Positions 24,430-38,052 are shown, counted from the stretch's first letter. The stretch is 64,000 nt of DNA from the human T2T-CHM13v2.0 reference genome, Homo sapiens (GCF_009914755.1 NC_060931.1), one strand, 5' to 3'. The notes: generated by a model from the letters alone, not told the origin. Program-made: numbers and translations.

Positions 24430-27400
24430 CGTTTTTCATCTATTAATTTACTTATGGGACAAATGTTTACCACATATCCACCATGTGTCTAGCAACATTA
24501 TAGAATCAGGGTACAGAGGGAAAGAAAACTAACAAAAATCGCTGCCCCAATAAGGTGCGGTGGCTCCCACCTGTAATTTACAAAAATCCCTGCCCCAGTT
24601 AGGTGCAGTGGCTCACACCCGTAATTTTAACACTATGGGAGGCCAAGGCTGGCAGATCGCTTAAGCCCAGGAGTTTGAGACCAGCCTGGGCAATATGGCA
24701 AAACCTTGTCTCTACAAAAAACACAAAAATTAGCCGGGTATGGTGGTGGGCGCCTGTAGTCTTAGCTACTCAGGAGGCTAAAGGGGAACGATCACCTGAG
24801 CCCGGGAGGTTGAGGCCACAGTGAGCCGTGATTGTGTCACTGCACTCCAGCCTGGGTGACAGAGTGAGACCTTGTCTCAATAAATATAATTAAATAAATA
24901 AATCCCTGGAGTTCATGTTCTAGTGTGGAGAGACAGGCAATATACTAAAAGACTTAACATGTGAGACAGTAAAAAATGCTGTAGAAAAAAATAATGCAGG
25001 AAAGGGGAAGCGTAGAGCAGAGGTAGGGCTTAGTGATACAATCGATATCCACAAGGCTCACTCCAGAGTGGGGGAAAGCTCCACGAAAGGGTATTTAGGT
25101 AAAGACCTGGAAGAGAGAAGGTGGAGGAAAACACAATAAAAATGCCCCAAGGGAAGGGGCTCAGTGGGGGAAGAGCAAAGAGACAGCAGGCATCAGACAT
25201 GGGGCAGGAGTGAGCAGCCACTGCAAGGACTCTTGCTGTTATCCAGACTGAAACAGAAACCATCATCTGAGGACTTGGAGCAAATAAGTGGGAAGATCTG
25301 ACTCATATTGTCAGAGACTCTCTCTGACTCACTAGGCCCAAGACAGATACGCACGGAAGCCATTAGGAAGCTACCGCAAAAACCTCTCCAAGGGGTGGTG
25401 GTAGCACAGGTGGTGAGGCACAGTCAGATTCTGGAGCTACTCTGAAGCTGGAGCCAACAGCTTTGCAGAAGGAATCCATATGGGAATTAAGAGAAAGAGA
25501 CTCCAAGGATTTGGCCTGAGTAGCTGGAAGAATGATTTGTCACCTGTAGAGAAGGGCCGATGGCAAAAGCAGCAAAATCTAGAAGTAAAGATCTTGAGTT
25601 TACTTTGGACATATGTTTAAGATGCCTATTGGACATCCAAATGGAAATTTCCACTAGACAGTTAGATCTTTAAGTTCAAAGCTCAGAGTAGAGGTCGCAG
25701 CTTATAGGTGGTATTTAAAGCCATGAAACCAGATGAACTAATAAGGGAGTAAAAGCAAATAGAGAATTTTAAAGACGGAGGCATGAGACTTTCCAGGTGA
25801 AGAAGTTATAGACACAGAAAAGCCAGAAAAGTGGATTGAGAAAAAGCAGCCCGTTAAATAAAAGGAACAGGAAAGTATGGTGAACTGAAAACCAAGTGGA
25901 ATAAAAGACATTTCGAGGAGGAAAGAGAGGAAGATAAGGACTACGAAGTCACAGACCAACCTGACCATGGCATTTCATAGAACAGTGGAAGCAAGAGTGA
26001 GTTTCAAAACAAAATGTGAAACCCATGAGCACACAACTCTTGTGAGCTTTGCCATAAAGACCAAAGGAATGGGTGGTGACCTGGAGGGGATATGGGGTCA
26101 AGGCAGATTCCTTCTTCTGTCTCTTTCTGGGAAAATTATAGCATATCTTTATGCTGATGGAAAGGATACAGTTGGGGAAAAACTGGATCATGACAGAGAC
26201 AGAGAGTCAGAAAGAGGAGAATTGCTAGATCGTGTCCTTGAATCAGTGAGAAGAGATGGAATCCAGGGCACTAGGGGAGCGCTGGCATTAGCCAGGCACA
26301 CAGACAATTCAGCCACAGCATCGAAGGAAAAGGCAGCTGTGAGGGGAGCTGCAGGGAGGAGGGTTGGCATGAAGGAAAAAGCTTGTGAAAATTCTCTTAT
26401 GATTGCTTCTGTTTTCTTAAGAAAATAGAAAACAAGGTCACCAGTGGAGAGTAAGGTGAAGATCTGAGGGAAGAAAAGACAGAATAAAGTCATCCAGGAG
26501 AATGTAAAGTTAATTTAGGATATTGGTCACATATATAAAGGAAGGCCAGGCAAGAGGGTCAGTCAGCCAGCTAGGAGTGAGAGCACAGAACAGGGAGAGG
26601 CTAGCAGAATGAAGGCTCGGGTTTCAGCACAATCCAGTGAGACCACAAAAGGGAGCTAAGAGTGTACGCAGGGGACTGATTCTAACAACAGTCCAGGAAT
26701 GTAAACTGTGCAAGGAAGTAGGGGGATGGGGAAATGATGGGGGGTGAGAAAAAGGTGTTAGGATCAGGGTATGTTAAATCTCCATACTGAGGAATTGTAG
26801 GAAATGGGAGTGCTAGAAGAAGTGAACTGGAAAAAGGAGAAGTGGTAGGTGGAGAGTAGGATGCTTGATTGTAAGATTATGCAAAAGAACTTGGATGGGT
26901 TATGTCACAGGCACGAGCGGGTGAGGCAGACAACCACAGGGACAGGCAAGGAGTGTCCTGGAGTGATGGGAAGGACATGCACACAGACACCAAATCACCA
27001 CGAAAAAGGCACAGAATCAGAGAAGGATTAGAAACGAGGAGCAAAAATCCTCCAGAAGGGAGCAGAAAAGGCCTGGGAGGTGAGCAAATGACAGGACTAG
27101 GTCATGGTCTGATGACATGAGATCCAAAGTGCTGGAGAGTAGTAAAAGGGAACAGGAGGGCACCTACTCAAACTCCAGGACCAGCCAAATGAGGGATGTG
27201 GGTAGAAGCGAGCCATCACATGAGCGGGTGGCAGGAATGTGTGCCAAGTTTCTTTGAGCAAGAAAGTGGCAGTTGAAGATACAGGGGTTTTGTTCATGAG
27301 TTAATTCTCAGTTCCAAATGGCACAAGCAGAAAGTTTCAGAAGCTAGAGGAAAGTGGAAAATCAGGTCAGAAATGGGATGTATAGAGACACAGGGCGCAA

Positions 27401-27640
27401 GGAACCTGGATGTTCTGGGCTCCATGTGCTGACCATGATAAAGAGGAGTGATGGACACAATGTACCCATTAGTCCTGACAGTCCCAAAGCAGACGGCAGA
27501 GGGGAGGCTGTGTGCTGTGGGGAAGGGGAAGGCCGCCTGCCGAGATCACAGTGAGCTCTGTGGACATCTCTCTACTCCTGCCATGACAACAGGGACATGA
27601 GGGAGGCGCTGTCTTAGCCAAACGACAGGTGCTCTGGGGC
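24430..27640 (-). mobile_element. Long LINE-2 remnant
   Basis: L2 hallmarks (tttggacatatgtttaagatgcctattggacatccaaatggaaat; gtggtatttaaagccatgaaac); purine-rich on +. Confidence 0.75.
24597..24903 (+). mobile_element. Alu (AluJ-like)
   Basis: Full dimer, inserted in L2. Confidence 0.92.
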
Positions 27641-30161
27641 TCCCTCCTGTCTCAGAAACACAGAACTCCTTCCTCTCTATTCCTTTTTTTCAAGTAGTTA
27701 AGCACTAGATGAAAACTTACAAATTCTTGTCCTTTTTTCTCTTCTTCTTCAGGCAACTAGCCTATGATCTCGAGACTCAGCGTCTTAATTCATCTACACA
27801 ATATCTAGTGCTTAATTAAGATCCGTAATAAGCAAAAAAGGAAAGAAGAAAGGGTAGAGAGCAGCTGATAACAAGATGGCTTATTCAGGATACCAATTAA
27901 CATTATCACAGCACACAGCTTTGCTTTACTTTATTAACATTCCATGAAACAATATTAACAAGAACAAAACCTCCCAATAGCTTTATACCTACAGCACCAT
28001 CAAATAAACAAATTGAGAAGTCACAGTCAGGCATTCCAAAACAAACTGATACTGATTATTTTTAAAACCAAGTATGAAAATTCAACTCTAGTAATATCAT
28101 AACTACCACAATAACTCAACGTTACTTTTTAAAAAAAATACTGTTATTTCTACAGCAAAGCACTTCTTGGTGCTGGCTGTCATGTTTTTTTGCATTAACG
28201 GTACAACTGAGCTCAGAGTAAGCCACACTGACACCCCAAAGATTTCTGCAATGCACACCACACATCCCAACACACACTAAGAAAGCGCCGCCAGCAACTC
28301 TGTGATCAATCAGCAATGGAATTTGTATTTTTTAAAAAGTCTTTTAGTCTCATTATTCTGGAATTCTTTTTAATAGCAAGAGTAAAACAATAAACTCTTT
28401 ACTTTTGTTTTATAAATTAAAATAGAAAGTAACTGTTACAACAAAACACACTAGTCATAATACTAGATTAAATAAAATCCAGGGGATGGTTTCTCTTACC
28501 TCCTATTTCTATTTTCTGAAGAAATGGTAAGTCGTGATTTTTTTAGTCTTGCCTTCCTACACATATTTCTAAGCATACCCTACTGAAGCTCACAATTCTT
28601 AATCTGTATTAGTCAAAATGTCCATTTTGCCATAGAACCATTTATGTTATAAACATAAATCATTTAGCTCTTTATTTTCCACCTGAAACAGTCCACAGTG
28701 GCTAACCAGCAGCAAACAGCAAAATCATAATTATCCTAACACATCACTTAAAGAGTTTCACTGAAAAGATTTTAGACAATCTACCAAACGGATGATAAAC
28801 AGTGCATGGCCTACCAAAATGGTATGTAAAAAAATTATACTTAGCATTAGTTATCATAACATCCTCCATCCTCTCCAGGTCCAATCCATCTCTTCTCTGT
28901 AACATTTCTTTGCCAGTGAGGTGTTTTTACTGATTTTGGCTTGGCTTCATTTTATAATACATTTAGCCATCTAGCAAGGGTTTCCTTTTCAACTTCTTTA
29001 CATATAATCAGCCACTTTTAAATTTGAGGAGCCAAAGGATTTATAAAGATTCTAGAAAGACCTTTTTTACTTTTCCTACTGTGGAAGGGGAAAGTGAGAA
29101 AGGCTGTATTTTTGGATTTTGTTTTGTTTTGATTAAAGTCAATTCAAAATTCTTCAATTCATGGGGCACTACATTTTACCCTTCCTGGATGTCAGCCTCC
29201 TTATCTGTGAAACAGAAATGGTGGCTACCTGAGGCTGAAACAATCCTACACTGCAGGGAGCAGCTTGACACATACTCTTTACAACTCAGGCATGTTTATT
29301 GCACAGTAGCATGATTATCCAAATAAGACAAATTTATTATAATATTTACTGCTTTAAGGAAACTTTATAAAGCTGACATTGTTGACTAAAGTTTATAACT
29401 CTGAAATTAAACAGGTTTAAACATTAGTTTTAAGTAAGTTAGAAGAATAAAAGACATATGTAGTTCCAGTCTAAAAGTTTATCTGTATCGAATTATATAA
29501 TGTTACTGACAAGAATCCTCTAGAACAGATACAAACTGAAATTCCTGGATCGAAGGAAAAAGCTCTAAAATATTATGAACATTTTTGGGGTGATGATTTA
29601 AATTCACTATTTGTAACTGAAGAAAGTAGGTAGATACCTGTTTCTCAGCATTTCATAAACTAACCTTCTATTTTATACCTACTCTTGAATCATGATTCTG
29701 AAATGCAGTTCGTTATTAACTATCTGATCTTGTTGGCGGGAGACTGGCTTTTCAACATTTGAAAACTACTTAAGTAAAATTAAAGAAAATTTACCTATAC
29801 TATCTGTTAAACTATATCATTACTCTTTTCTTCATTGGTTCTTCAAAAACCATCAGTAATTAAAAATTAAATTTTAAAGTCATATGCTTAAAACATAAAC
29901 ACAGTTGGCAGTAGAGAGGTGTCTAGTCCCTTAGTGGCCAAAGTCTCATAAAGAATGGGTCCTGCTAGGTTACAGCTCATCTCAGCCAGGGTCTGCAATA
30001 ACCCTCTCTTCACCAGGGAAGTTCTTTTATTACTCTAAAGTGTTCTCCTCTTGTAGCAGCACAAGATTCAGAGAGGTTTATATTTTTTCTCTTCAATTAT
30101 CTATCTTTTTGAAATTAAAAAGATTTTTTTATCCCCGTCTAAATATGTAATATAAACATAC

Positions 30162-30234
30162 CATTTAGTCGTCTCTGGAGTGCTTCTTCCTCTAAGGTAA
30201 TGATATAAATTTGTTCATCCAGGTCTTCAAGAAT
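30162..30234 (-). CDS. LMBR1: LMBR1 exon 9 (73 nt): ILEDLDEQIYIITLEEEALQRRLN
   Basis: tttag|ATTCTTGAA ... CTAAATG|gtatgt. Phase 0-1. Confidence 0.97.
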
Positions 30235-30552
30235 CTAAATTTAAAGATAAAACTATTCAATAATTCAACGTTATAAAACGAATGCTTATGAGACCATTTA
30301 GGCTATTTGGTCAATTTATTTTAGGTAACGTATTCATTCAAATTTCTAAGAACACAAAACAAAAAAACTCCAACTATGTTATTTATAAATTAAGTACAAA
30401 TACTTTAGTATATAACCAAACACATCAAAAGTTATCACAAACCCTATATACATTTAAATTGGATATTTTTAAAGTTTAAGGGATTAAACTAAGGAACTCT
30501 TCTCAATGGCCAACAAATGTATGAATTTTGGGGTTTTTTAGTGACATTCTGA

Positions 30553-30903
<351 letters not shown>

Positions 30904-32181
30904 TAAACAGCCAAAAAGCTAACTACGGTAAATAACTACAGTAAATATAGGCCCAAGCCAATATTTTAGAGATAGAAGGAACAGACACCCAGTCCAACAT
31001 TTGTTTTCTCATTTACATTTACCTACATAATGTCTAAAACAAGAAATCCATAAACTACATCAGTAACATGCAACACTTTCCATTTATATCATCTTTATGT
31101 ACTAAAAACACTCCATGAATATTAAAGATTGGTATTATCAAAATCATCCAATAGACCAAAATCTAGAGAAGTGGTATGTTTACATACAAACCAAGTCAAA
31201 CAACAGTAGTTCAAAAGAAAAAACCATACTAATAATTTACCAATTGTATGGGATATTGTCTGCACTGTTAAAAATCCTAAAATTGATTTAATTCTAGTTT
31301 TGTTAACATAGCTATCCTTCTGAGAGGATCCTTATTATCTTCGTAGCTGTAGGGCAAATCTCAAAGAAGTCTAGAGCTGATATCAGTGTTCCATATCCTC
31401 ACATCCAAACTACTCACACTCAGCAAAAAAAATAAATTGTGAGGAGCTAATGGACAAAAAGACAGAAACCATATATACATCTCCTTTCAGACTTTAAAGT
31501 ATTTTCAGAAAACAGATTTTCAAATCATGCAATCCCTGTCAGATGTCCAATTTATACAGCTGATGTGAAATTTATTTGAAGCAATCCAATAATTCCCAGC
31601 CTTTCAACAAATCTTTACGGTCCCCTATGACCTAGCACTGAACTCATCACTGGCACACATACCAACTCGATCCTTGAGAAGCCTGACTTGGAAGGTGAGA
31701 AAAAACAAATACTAAAATAATAATCAACAGTAATAAACAAATAAATATACAAACAAATAATGACAAAGAATGACCATCCTATGAGGAAGAAAGGAATAGG
31801 AAGAAAAGGGGAAGAGATACCTAAATGGCCAGCCAGCAAGCCCTCTCCAAAGAGGGAACATTTAGGCTGAAATGAGTGGCAAGTGCTGGAATGTGAGCTA
31901 CTCCCGAGGAGAAAGAGTGGTACACGGAGAGGATCTCCTGGATGCAGTGGGTTAGGGGAGAGGAATCCCAGAGAAAACCCACATGTCTGGGACCAGGTCC
32001 TTGGGGGCCTTGATCCAAAGTTCCTTTCCCATCAACACTTCTTTTCACTTTCTACTATCTGGATCAGAATTGACAGTTTTTACATAAGGTCTAAGGCATA
32101 CAAAAGGATTTTTATCTTTCTTATGCAAATTGTCCAAGAATTACTTATCACCACGGGTATGTCTTAGTGTGAATGAGTGAC

Positions 32182-32594
32182 TGATGTAGTTTGGATATTT
32201 GTCCCTTCAGAACCTCATGTTGAAATCTGATCCCCAGTATTGGAGGTGGGACCCTGTAGGAAGTATTTGGGTCATGGGGGTGGATCTCTCATGAATAACC
32301 GATTTGGTGCTGTCCACACAGTAATAACTGAGTTCTTGCTCTATTTGTTCACATGACAGCAGGTTGTTTAAAAGAGTATGGACCTCTCTCTCGCCTGCTC
32401 CCTCTCTTGCCCTGTGACACAAATGCTCCTCGTTTGCCTCTCGCCATGACTGGAAACTTCCTGAAGCACTAGCCAGAGGCAGGTCCCAGTGCCATGCTTC
32501 TTGTACAGCCTGCAGAACCATAAGCCAAATAAACCTCTCTTCTTTATAAATTACTCAGCCTCAGGTTTATACCAATGCATAATAGACTAATGCA
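32182..32594 (+). mobile_element. MST (MSTB-like) MaLR solo LTR with 5-bp TSD GTGAC
   Basis: TG...CA termini; perfect GTGAC duplication at 32177-32181 and 32595-32599. Confidence 0.9.
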
Positions 32595-33139
32595 GTGACA
32601 ATGTAAATAACACACATATATTTGTGTTAAGTTCTTATGAGCACCATCCTCCTTGATTTCTACAACAATCCTACGAAAAACAGACTGTTCTCATCTCCAT
32701 TTTATATTCCAAGAAGGAGGGTTACCAAAGAAATGTTACGTGCCTTCAAACCCTATACTCAACTACTATGGGCTAATGGGGGCTTAAATATGGGTAAGAC
32801 ATAGTCCTTGACCTCAAACAGCTGATATTCTAGTGTAGCAGAAGAGAGCAGATGAATTTAAAAAATAATTAGAAGATTTGTTAAAGTCATAACCGTGGCT
32901 TAAATAAAACATTACAAAAGTTCAAAGGAAGAAAAATTATTCCCAGATGGGGAGACAAAAGTTTCGACCAGTGTTTTTGATGGTAGTAGCATAGTAGCAT
33001 CTTATCTGACAGCTTAAATTACCAAAAGAAAGGCATTTCAATTAGAGGAAACTGTAAGCAGAACACAGAAGTGGAGGGGTAAAGTCCACTCAGCAAACAA
33101 ATCGGTTTTACAGCTCTGGAGCTTACAGCAAAATAGAAT

Positions 33140-33385
33140 GGCAGACCAGCTTCTGGTATGAAACCAGCCTCTTGGGTTCACACTCTGCCCCCTCATAGAT
33201 CTCTGATCTTGTACAAGCTACTTAATCTTCCTGAAATGACATTAGTTTAGCCATAAAATAAGAATACTACTATCTAACTTATAGGTTTGTCATCAGGATA
33301 AAATGAAATTATGTGTGTAAAATATAGTGTTTATTGCTAGCATATATAATACACTCAATTACTCAATAAATAATCTTTATTACTG
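33140..33385. mobile_element. MIR
   Basis: gggttcacactctgcc...cttgtacaagctacttaatct...ataaaataagaata...aggataaaatgaaattatgtgtgtaaa. Confidence 0.7.
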
Positions 33386-33437
33386 AATGTTACCAACAAG
33401 AAAAGAAACAAAGACAAGACTTTGAGGATACTGTTAA

Positions 33438-34033
33438 TGTTAGAAATGCAAAATGCTCGTTCCCTGGTGCTGCAAAGAAATAGCACTCGAACATAAATTT
33501 AATTTTCTCAGCAAGGCAATTTTTACTTCTATAGAAGGGTGCGACTGGCAAATGGGAGTAATGGAGAGAGCACACCTGCACAGGGGAGGGGAAGGAGTTC
33601 TTATTTCTGACACAGGGCCCTACTAGTGTGTCGTTCCCCTATTGACTATGGTTGGACCACACAGTCTAAGCTAATTCCGACTGGCTATTTTAAAGGGAGC
33701 AGGCATATGAGCCAGAGTGGCAGGGTGACTAGTCTAGCAGGAAGGACAGTTAGGAACAGGTAACTAAAGATGACTTAGGTCAAAGCAGGTGACCAGGGGT
33801 GACTCAGGTCAAAGAAGGTGACCAGGGGTGAGTCAGGATGGAGCAGGTGACCAGCGAACAGATGTGAAATACTGATTAGGACTGGTGGGAAAGTTGTTTA
33901 CTGAAACCAGAGGCAAGGGGGAGAAGAGAACCAGGAAGTTAAACTTTAAAATGGAGAATCGAAGAAGAAGAGAGCTGAACACACTGACATACTGATTCTT
34001 TGAGGAAAAACTTGGGGTTCACTATATTTAACA
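33438..34033 (-). mobile_element. LTR10 (HERV-I family) solo LTR with 4-bp TSD TTAA
   Basis: Minus strand begins TGTTAAATATAGTGAAC…CAAAGAATCAGTATGTCAGTGTGTTCAGCTCTC (LTR10-like); TG...CA termini with TTAA flanks. Confidence 0.8.
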
Positions 34034-35464
34034 TTAATAAGAGACAAGTTAAGGAGAAAAATTAGCTTGGGGAAGGGAGCTAAGTAAGTAGTTTCGTTTT
34101 ATATACGTTGAGTTTTCAGCTCCATGGGGTATTCAATTATAGCACTTAAAATGTACTGGAATTTGTTTCCATTGTCTTTTCCTCATTAGAATTAGGCATT
34201 TAAAAGTGATGTGGAAATGGCAGAGATGGTTTAGGAGCAGAGCATTAATAGAAATTTAGACCAATGATGGAACTTTAAACATTTGCCTATAGTTAGGGGT
34301 CAGGAAGCAGAAAAGGAGAAAGAAGACCAAACAAACAAACAAACAACAACAACAAATGTAGGAAGAAACTAAATGAATTCAATGTCCCAAAACCTCTTTA
34401 CAAGGGAAAGGAATTTCAAGACTTGGCAGCATGTGTGTGGTACACAAGTGTGTATACAACATTTACATACTTTTTGTAAAATGTATTTACGCATTTTTTA
34501 AAAATAAAAAATTAAACTTCATCTTTAAAATATAAAAATATTATGATTTTCAAAATTAAGCAAGCATTTACTAAAAGTATAGCCCCTATAACACTTCCTC
34601 AGTATTTTCCCTAAATGAATCATGACAAGGAAGACAAACACATAACTATAACGATTTAATAAGTATTACTAGTGAGACAGAAACAAAAGGGAATATGAGA
34701 AATGCAAAGAAAGGACTTTAATTCTTTGTCCTTGAAGAAGCAAGGCAACGTTCAAAGCTATGTAGACAGTGGAGCTGATATTTGAGCTAGGCCGTAGGAG
34801 GCTGCTAGGTAGCTGGAGCAGGTAAGAGGCCTTGAAGGGAAAGAGACAGTCCTGGAGACAGAATGCATAGAGCCTATTCAGAGCACAGCAAGTTCGCTCA
34901 TGAGCTAGAGTGACAGTAAACACAGGGACAGCTAGAGGAAAACTGAGTGTGGACCAGGCTGTGAAAGGCTTTGTAACATGTAAGTAGTTTACTCTTGAGT
35001 TCATAGGCAGTGAGGATCCATGAAAATAAGTGACAGATTTCCTAGGGGCAGCTAAGAAATCGTTTTTATATAATTAAATATCTGACAAAATAGAGACCAA
35101 AGAAAGCGACAAATCATTAGAATTACAATCAACTGAAAATCATTTAAAAACTAATATATAGTGTTTCTAAGATGAAAGGTAAAGTATGCTTCAATTAATC
35201 GAGACACAATATGCAGACAAATTTTCAGAAATATAACCATTTTGTAAATTAAAGCATACATGTAAATTTTGAAACATAATAGAGGTACTTTTTGATATTA
35301 GGCAATGGACACCTAAAATACCTGTAAATATTTGTAAATTTTGTCCTAAAATTTGCTAGAGGAATTTTTACCTATGCACCTATAGTTAGTATTTTAAAAG
35401 CAAAACCAAATTTGGTTTCCAAAGACTGGAAATTTAACCAAAGTTCTATTAAACAAAAAACTTA

Positions 35465-35841
<377 letters not shown>

Positions 35842-35919
35842 CTAGCTCACAATATCAAAGACAATCAAATGTAAACACATTTATTTAATAAACAAAATGA
35901 TTTATAATTAAATACTTAC

Positions 35920-35984
35920 TGCTGGCTTCACTAGCAACTGACCCATCACTGTGAACATACGAGAAAGGCCAACTGGTGTACACA
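35920..35984 (-). CDS. LMBR1: LMBR1 exon 8 (65 nt): (L)CTPVGLSRMFTVMGQLLVKPA
   Basis: tttctgcag|TGTGTACA ... CCAGCA|gtaagt. Phase 1-0, frame continuous. Confidence 0.97.
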
Positions 35985-36547
35985 CTGCAGAAATAAGATC
36001 ACCAAAAGACAGAAAGCGACATTATAGAGCTTGGAGAAAGAGATAAACAACTAGACTGTAAAAATAAGGGAAATTCAAGGATTATCATTTTAAGAACATT
36101 CTTCTCTCCAACTGAGATTGTCAGTGTTTTGTCAGAGAACTCTTCACCATCATCAATAAAGAAGCTAGAGGGGCCATGTGAGCAGGATAGGTGTAATTAG
36201 TTATGAAAGATATGTGACAACAAAAAAAGGCTTAGAATAATATTCAAGATTCTAGCAGTTGAATAATAATAAATACTTTTGCTTAAAATAAAGAAAAATT
36301 AGCAAAGAACAGGTTAAATTTCAAGTATTAATAGGACTGAGAAACAAACAAGAATATCTAAAGGTGACAACCATAGTCTTAAGTCCTTTAAACTACATTT
36401 ATCTACTTATCCCTGAGATAGGCTGTGATGCTTCAAGTAAAACAAAACAAACTTTTAAAAAACCACAAACTTATCATACATAATTCTACCATTTCCATTT
36501 AAAAGTAGAATCTAGCATTATGACAGGTATGGGGGTGAGGCTATAGC

Positions 36548-36625
36548 ATGTGTGTATGAGTGTGCATATGGTTTGTGTGTCAGTGTATGTAAGTATGACT
36601 GTATATGAGTGTGTGAAAGTGTGTG

Positions 36626-36658
<33 letters not shown>

Positions 36659-36662
36659 CTGT
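36548..36662. repeat. (TG)n compound microsatellite in intron 7
   Basis: Visible TG-rich run ending in pure (TG)n. Confidence 0.95.
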
Positions 36663-36893
36663 CCGTCTGTCTCACTCTACAACCCGGTAGAAGAAGCTTT
36701 CCTTAGAGAACAATAAAAGCATCTTATTATTTCAAAGTTTCCATTTATCAAAATTTATTTTGAATAAAAATAGTTAAGGCGAACTCAAAAAAAATCCAAA
36801 TAGTTAAGAAATCTCATCAGAAAACTTCCCTGAATTTTCCAGAATAAGGACAACTCTACTTTTCTCTTAATATCAAGTCTGAAAAATACTTAC

Positions 36894-36962
36894 AGAGAAG
36901 TAACAAACATCCCATCAATGATATACAGGAATATAAATAGGGTAGATAGAACTCCCAGAGAT
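36894..36962 (-). CDS. LMBR1: LMBR1 exon 7 (69 nt): (D)LWEFYLPYLYSCISLMGCLLLL
   Basis: ttttttaatag|ATCTCTGG ... CTTCTCT|gtaagt. Phase 1-1, continues the exon 6 frame. Confidence 0.97.
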
Positions 36963-37453
36963 CTATTAAAAAAAAGTAAATATATTTTAATAAATCCAAA
37001 ATACTGCACATTAAGATAGTCAGTCTATCTTACGATAAGATAGAGGCTGACTGTACCTCATGTAAACATTGTAATTGCCTATTTTAGTTTATTAAGCCAT
37101 ATAATTTCTAAATTGTACAATAAAAAGATCTAAAATAGAAAACCAAGAAGTAACCCTTTAGCAAAACCTGTCTGGAGGGAGAAAAAATGTCTCCACGGAA
37201 TTTGAAGAACAGAAACCAATTAACAACAACAAAAAAAAAAATCTGAAAAGCTGCTTACTTGTTCTTCACATATAAAATAAATAAAACTTCATTTTTAGAT
37301 AAAAATATCTAAAGATTTCTTAATTCTGTAAATTAACATCAAACATCTTTGTTAACTACACAAAGATTTAAATGTTTTTAAAATTGAGTGTGTAATTATA
37401 TCCCAAACTACAGTTTCCAGTAAGGAAACTGGTTAAAACAAGGAAATCCATAC

Positions 37454-37580
37454 CATATAAAGATTCCATGCTTGCGGCATCGTTGTCAATGAGTGCTGAA
37501 GCTACCCACACTATCCCAAGAATGAGTAACGCAAGAAGAAGAAGCATGACCAAAGTCTCTAAAATGCGGGCTCGGATTCC
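37454..37580 (-). CDS. LMBR1: LMBR1 exon 6 (127 nt): GIRARILETLVMLLLLALLILGIVWVASALIDNDAASMESLY
   Basis: Minus-strand acceptor tatttttcag|GGAATC, donor TATG|gtatgg. Translation matches recalled LMBR1 protein and overlaps ORF track 37368..37553. Confidence 0.98.
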
Positions 37581-37963
37581 CTGAAAAATAGAGTAGAAAT
37601 ATAATTTTAGTATTTTACTTCATTTCATGAACAATAAGGTTTCTGCCTATATGAAAGCATAAAATAATCCCTTGGAAGGAGAGGAAATTTATATTTATTA
37701 AAAGGAAAAAAACACTAGGTACTTATGGTTTACAATGTTTAGACTGACTTTTCAAATTATGGAAAATATTATTAAGCTTGGATAAAACACAAAAAAAATT
37801 CTTCATAAAAAACATCTGCAGAGCCATTTTTAACAATTACTTTCCTAACACTTTCCACTAACAAAGCAGATTAATGAATTTCTATCCGTGATTCTAATCA
37901 AGGGAATAGAAGGCTAATTATGGCACAGAGCCAAACAGTTCAGTGAGCACTGAACTTGGTGCG

Positions 37964-38052
37964 CCACAATGCTCCGAGCTGCTGGAGAGCGCCGGCTCTC
38001 TCTAGCATGGACTCTGGTGCTCCTCACAGCCTCCGGAGCCCTCTACTGTGCC
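37964..38052. promoter_or_regulatory. Candidate CTCF-binding element (two convergent motifs)
   Basis: Minus strand GGCACAGTAGAGGGCTCCG (38034-38052); plus strand CACAAT-8nt-CTGCTGGAGAGCGC (37965-37992); local GC/CpG enrichment. Motif match only. Confidence 0.45.

Noticed and set aside
24055-24492. 145-aa hydrophobic plus-strand ORF
   Set aside because: Starts inside a (TG)n repeat at a non-ATG codon, antisense to LMBR1; the splice signals favour the minus strand.
25967-26428. 153-aa plus-strand ORF (longest in track)
   Set aside because: Lies within a decayed L2; purine-rich chance ORF with no recognisable domain.
29923-29941. CTCF-like TGGCCACTAAGGGACTAG (minus strand)
   Set aside because: Two near-invariant G positions of the core are substituted.
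29900-30080. Possible intronic snoRNA downstream of exon 9
   Set aside because: No convincing C/D or H/ACA box architecture or terminal stem seen.
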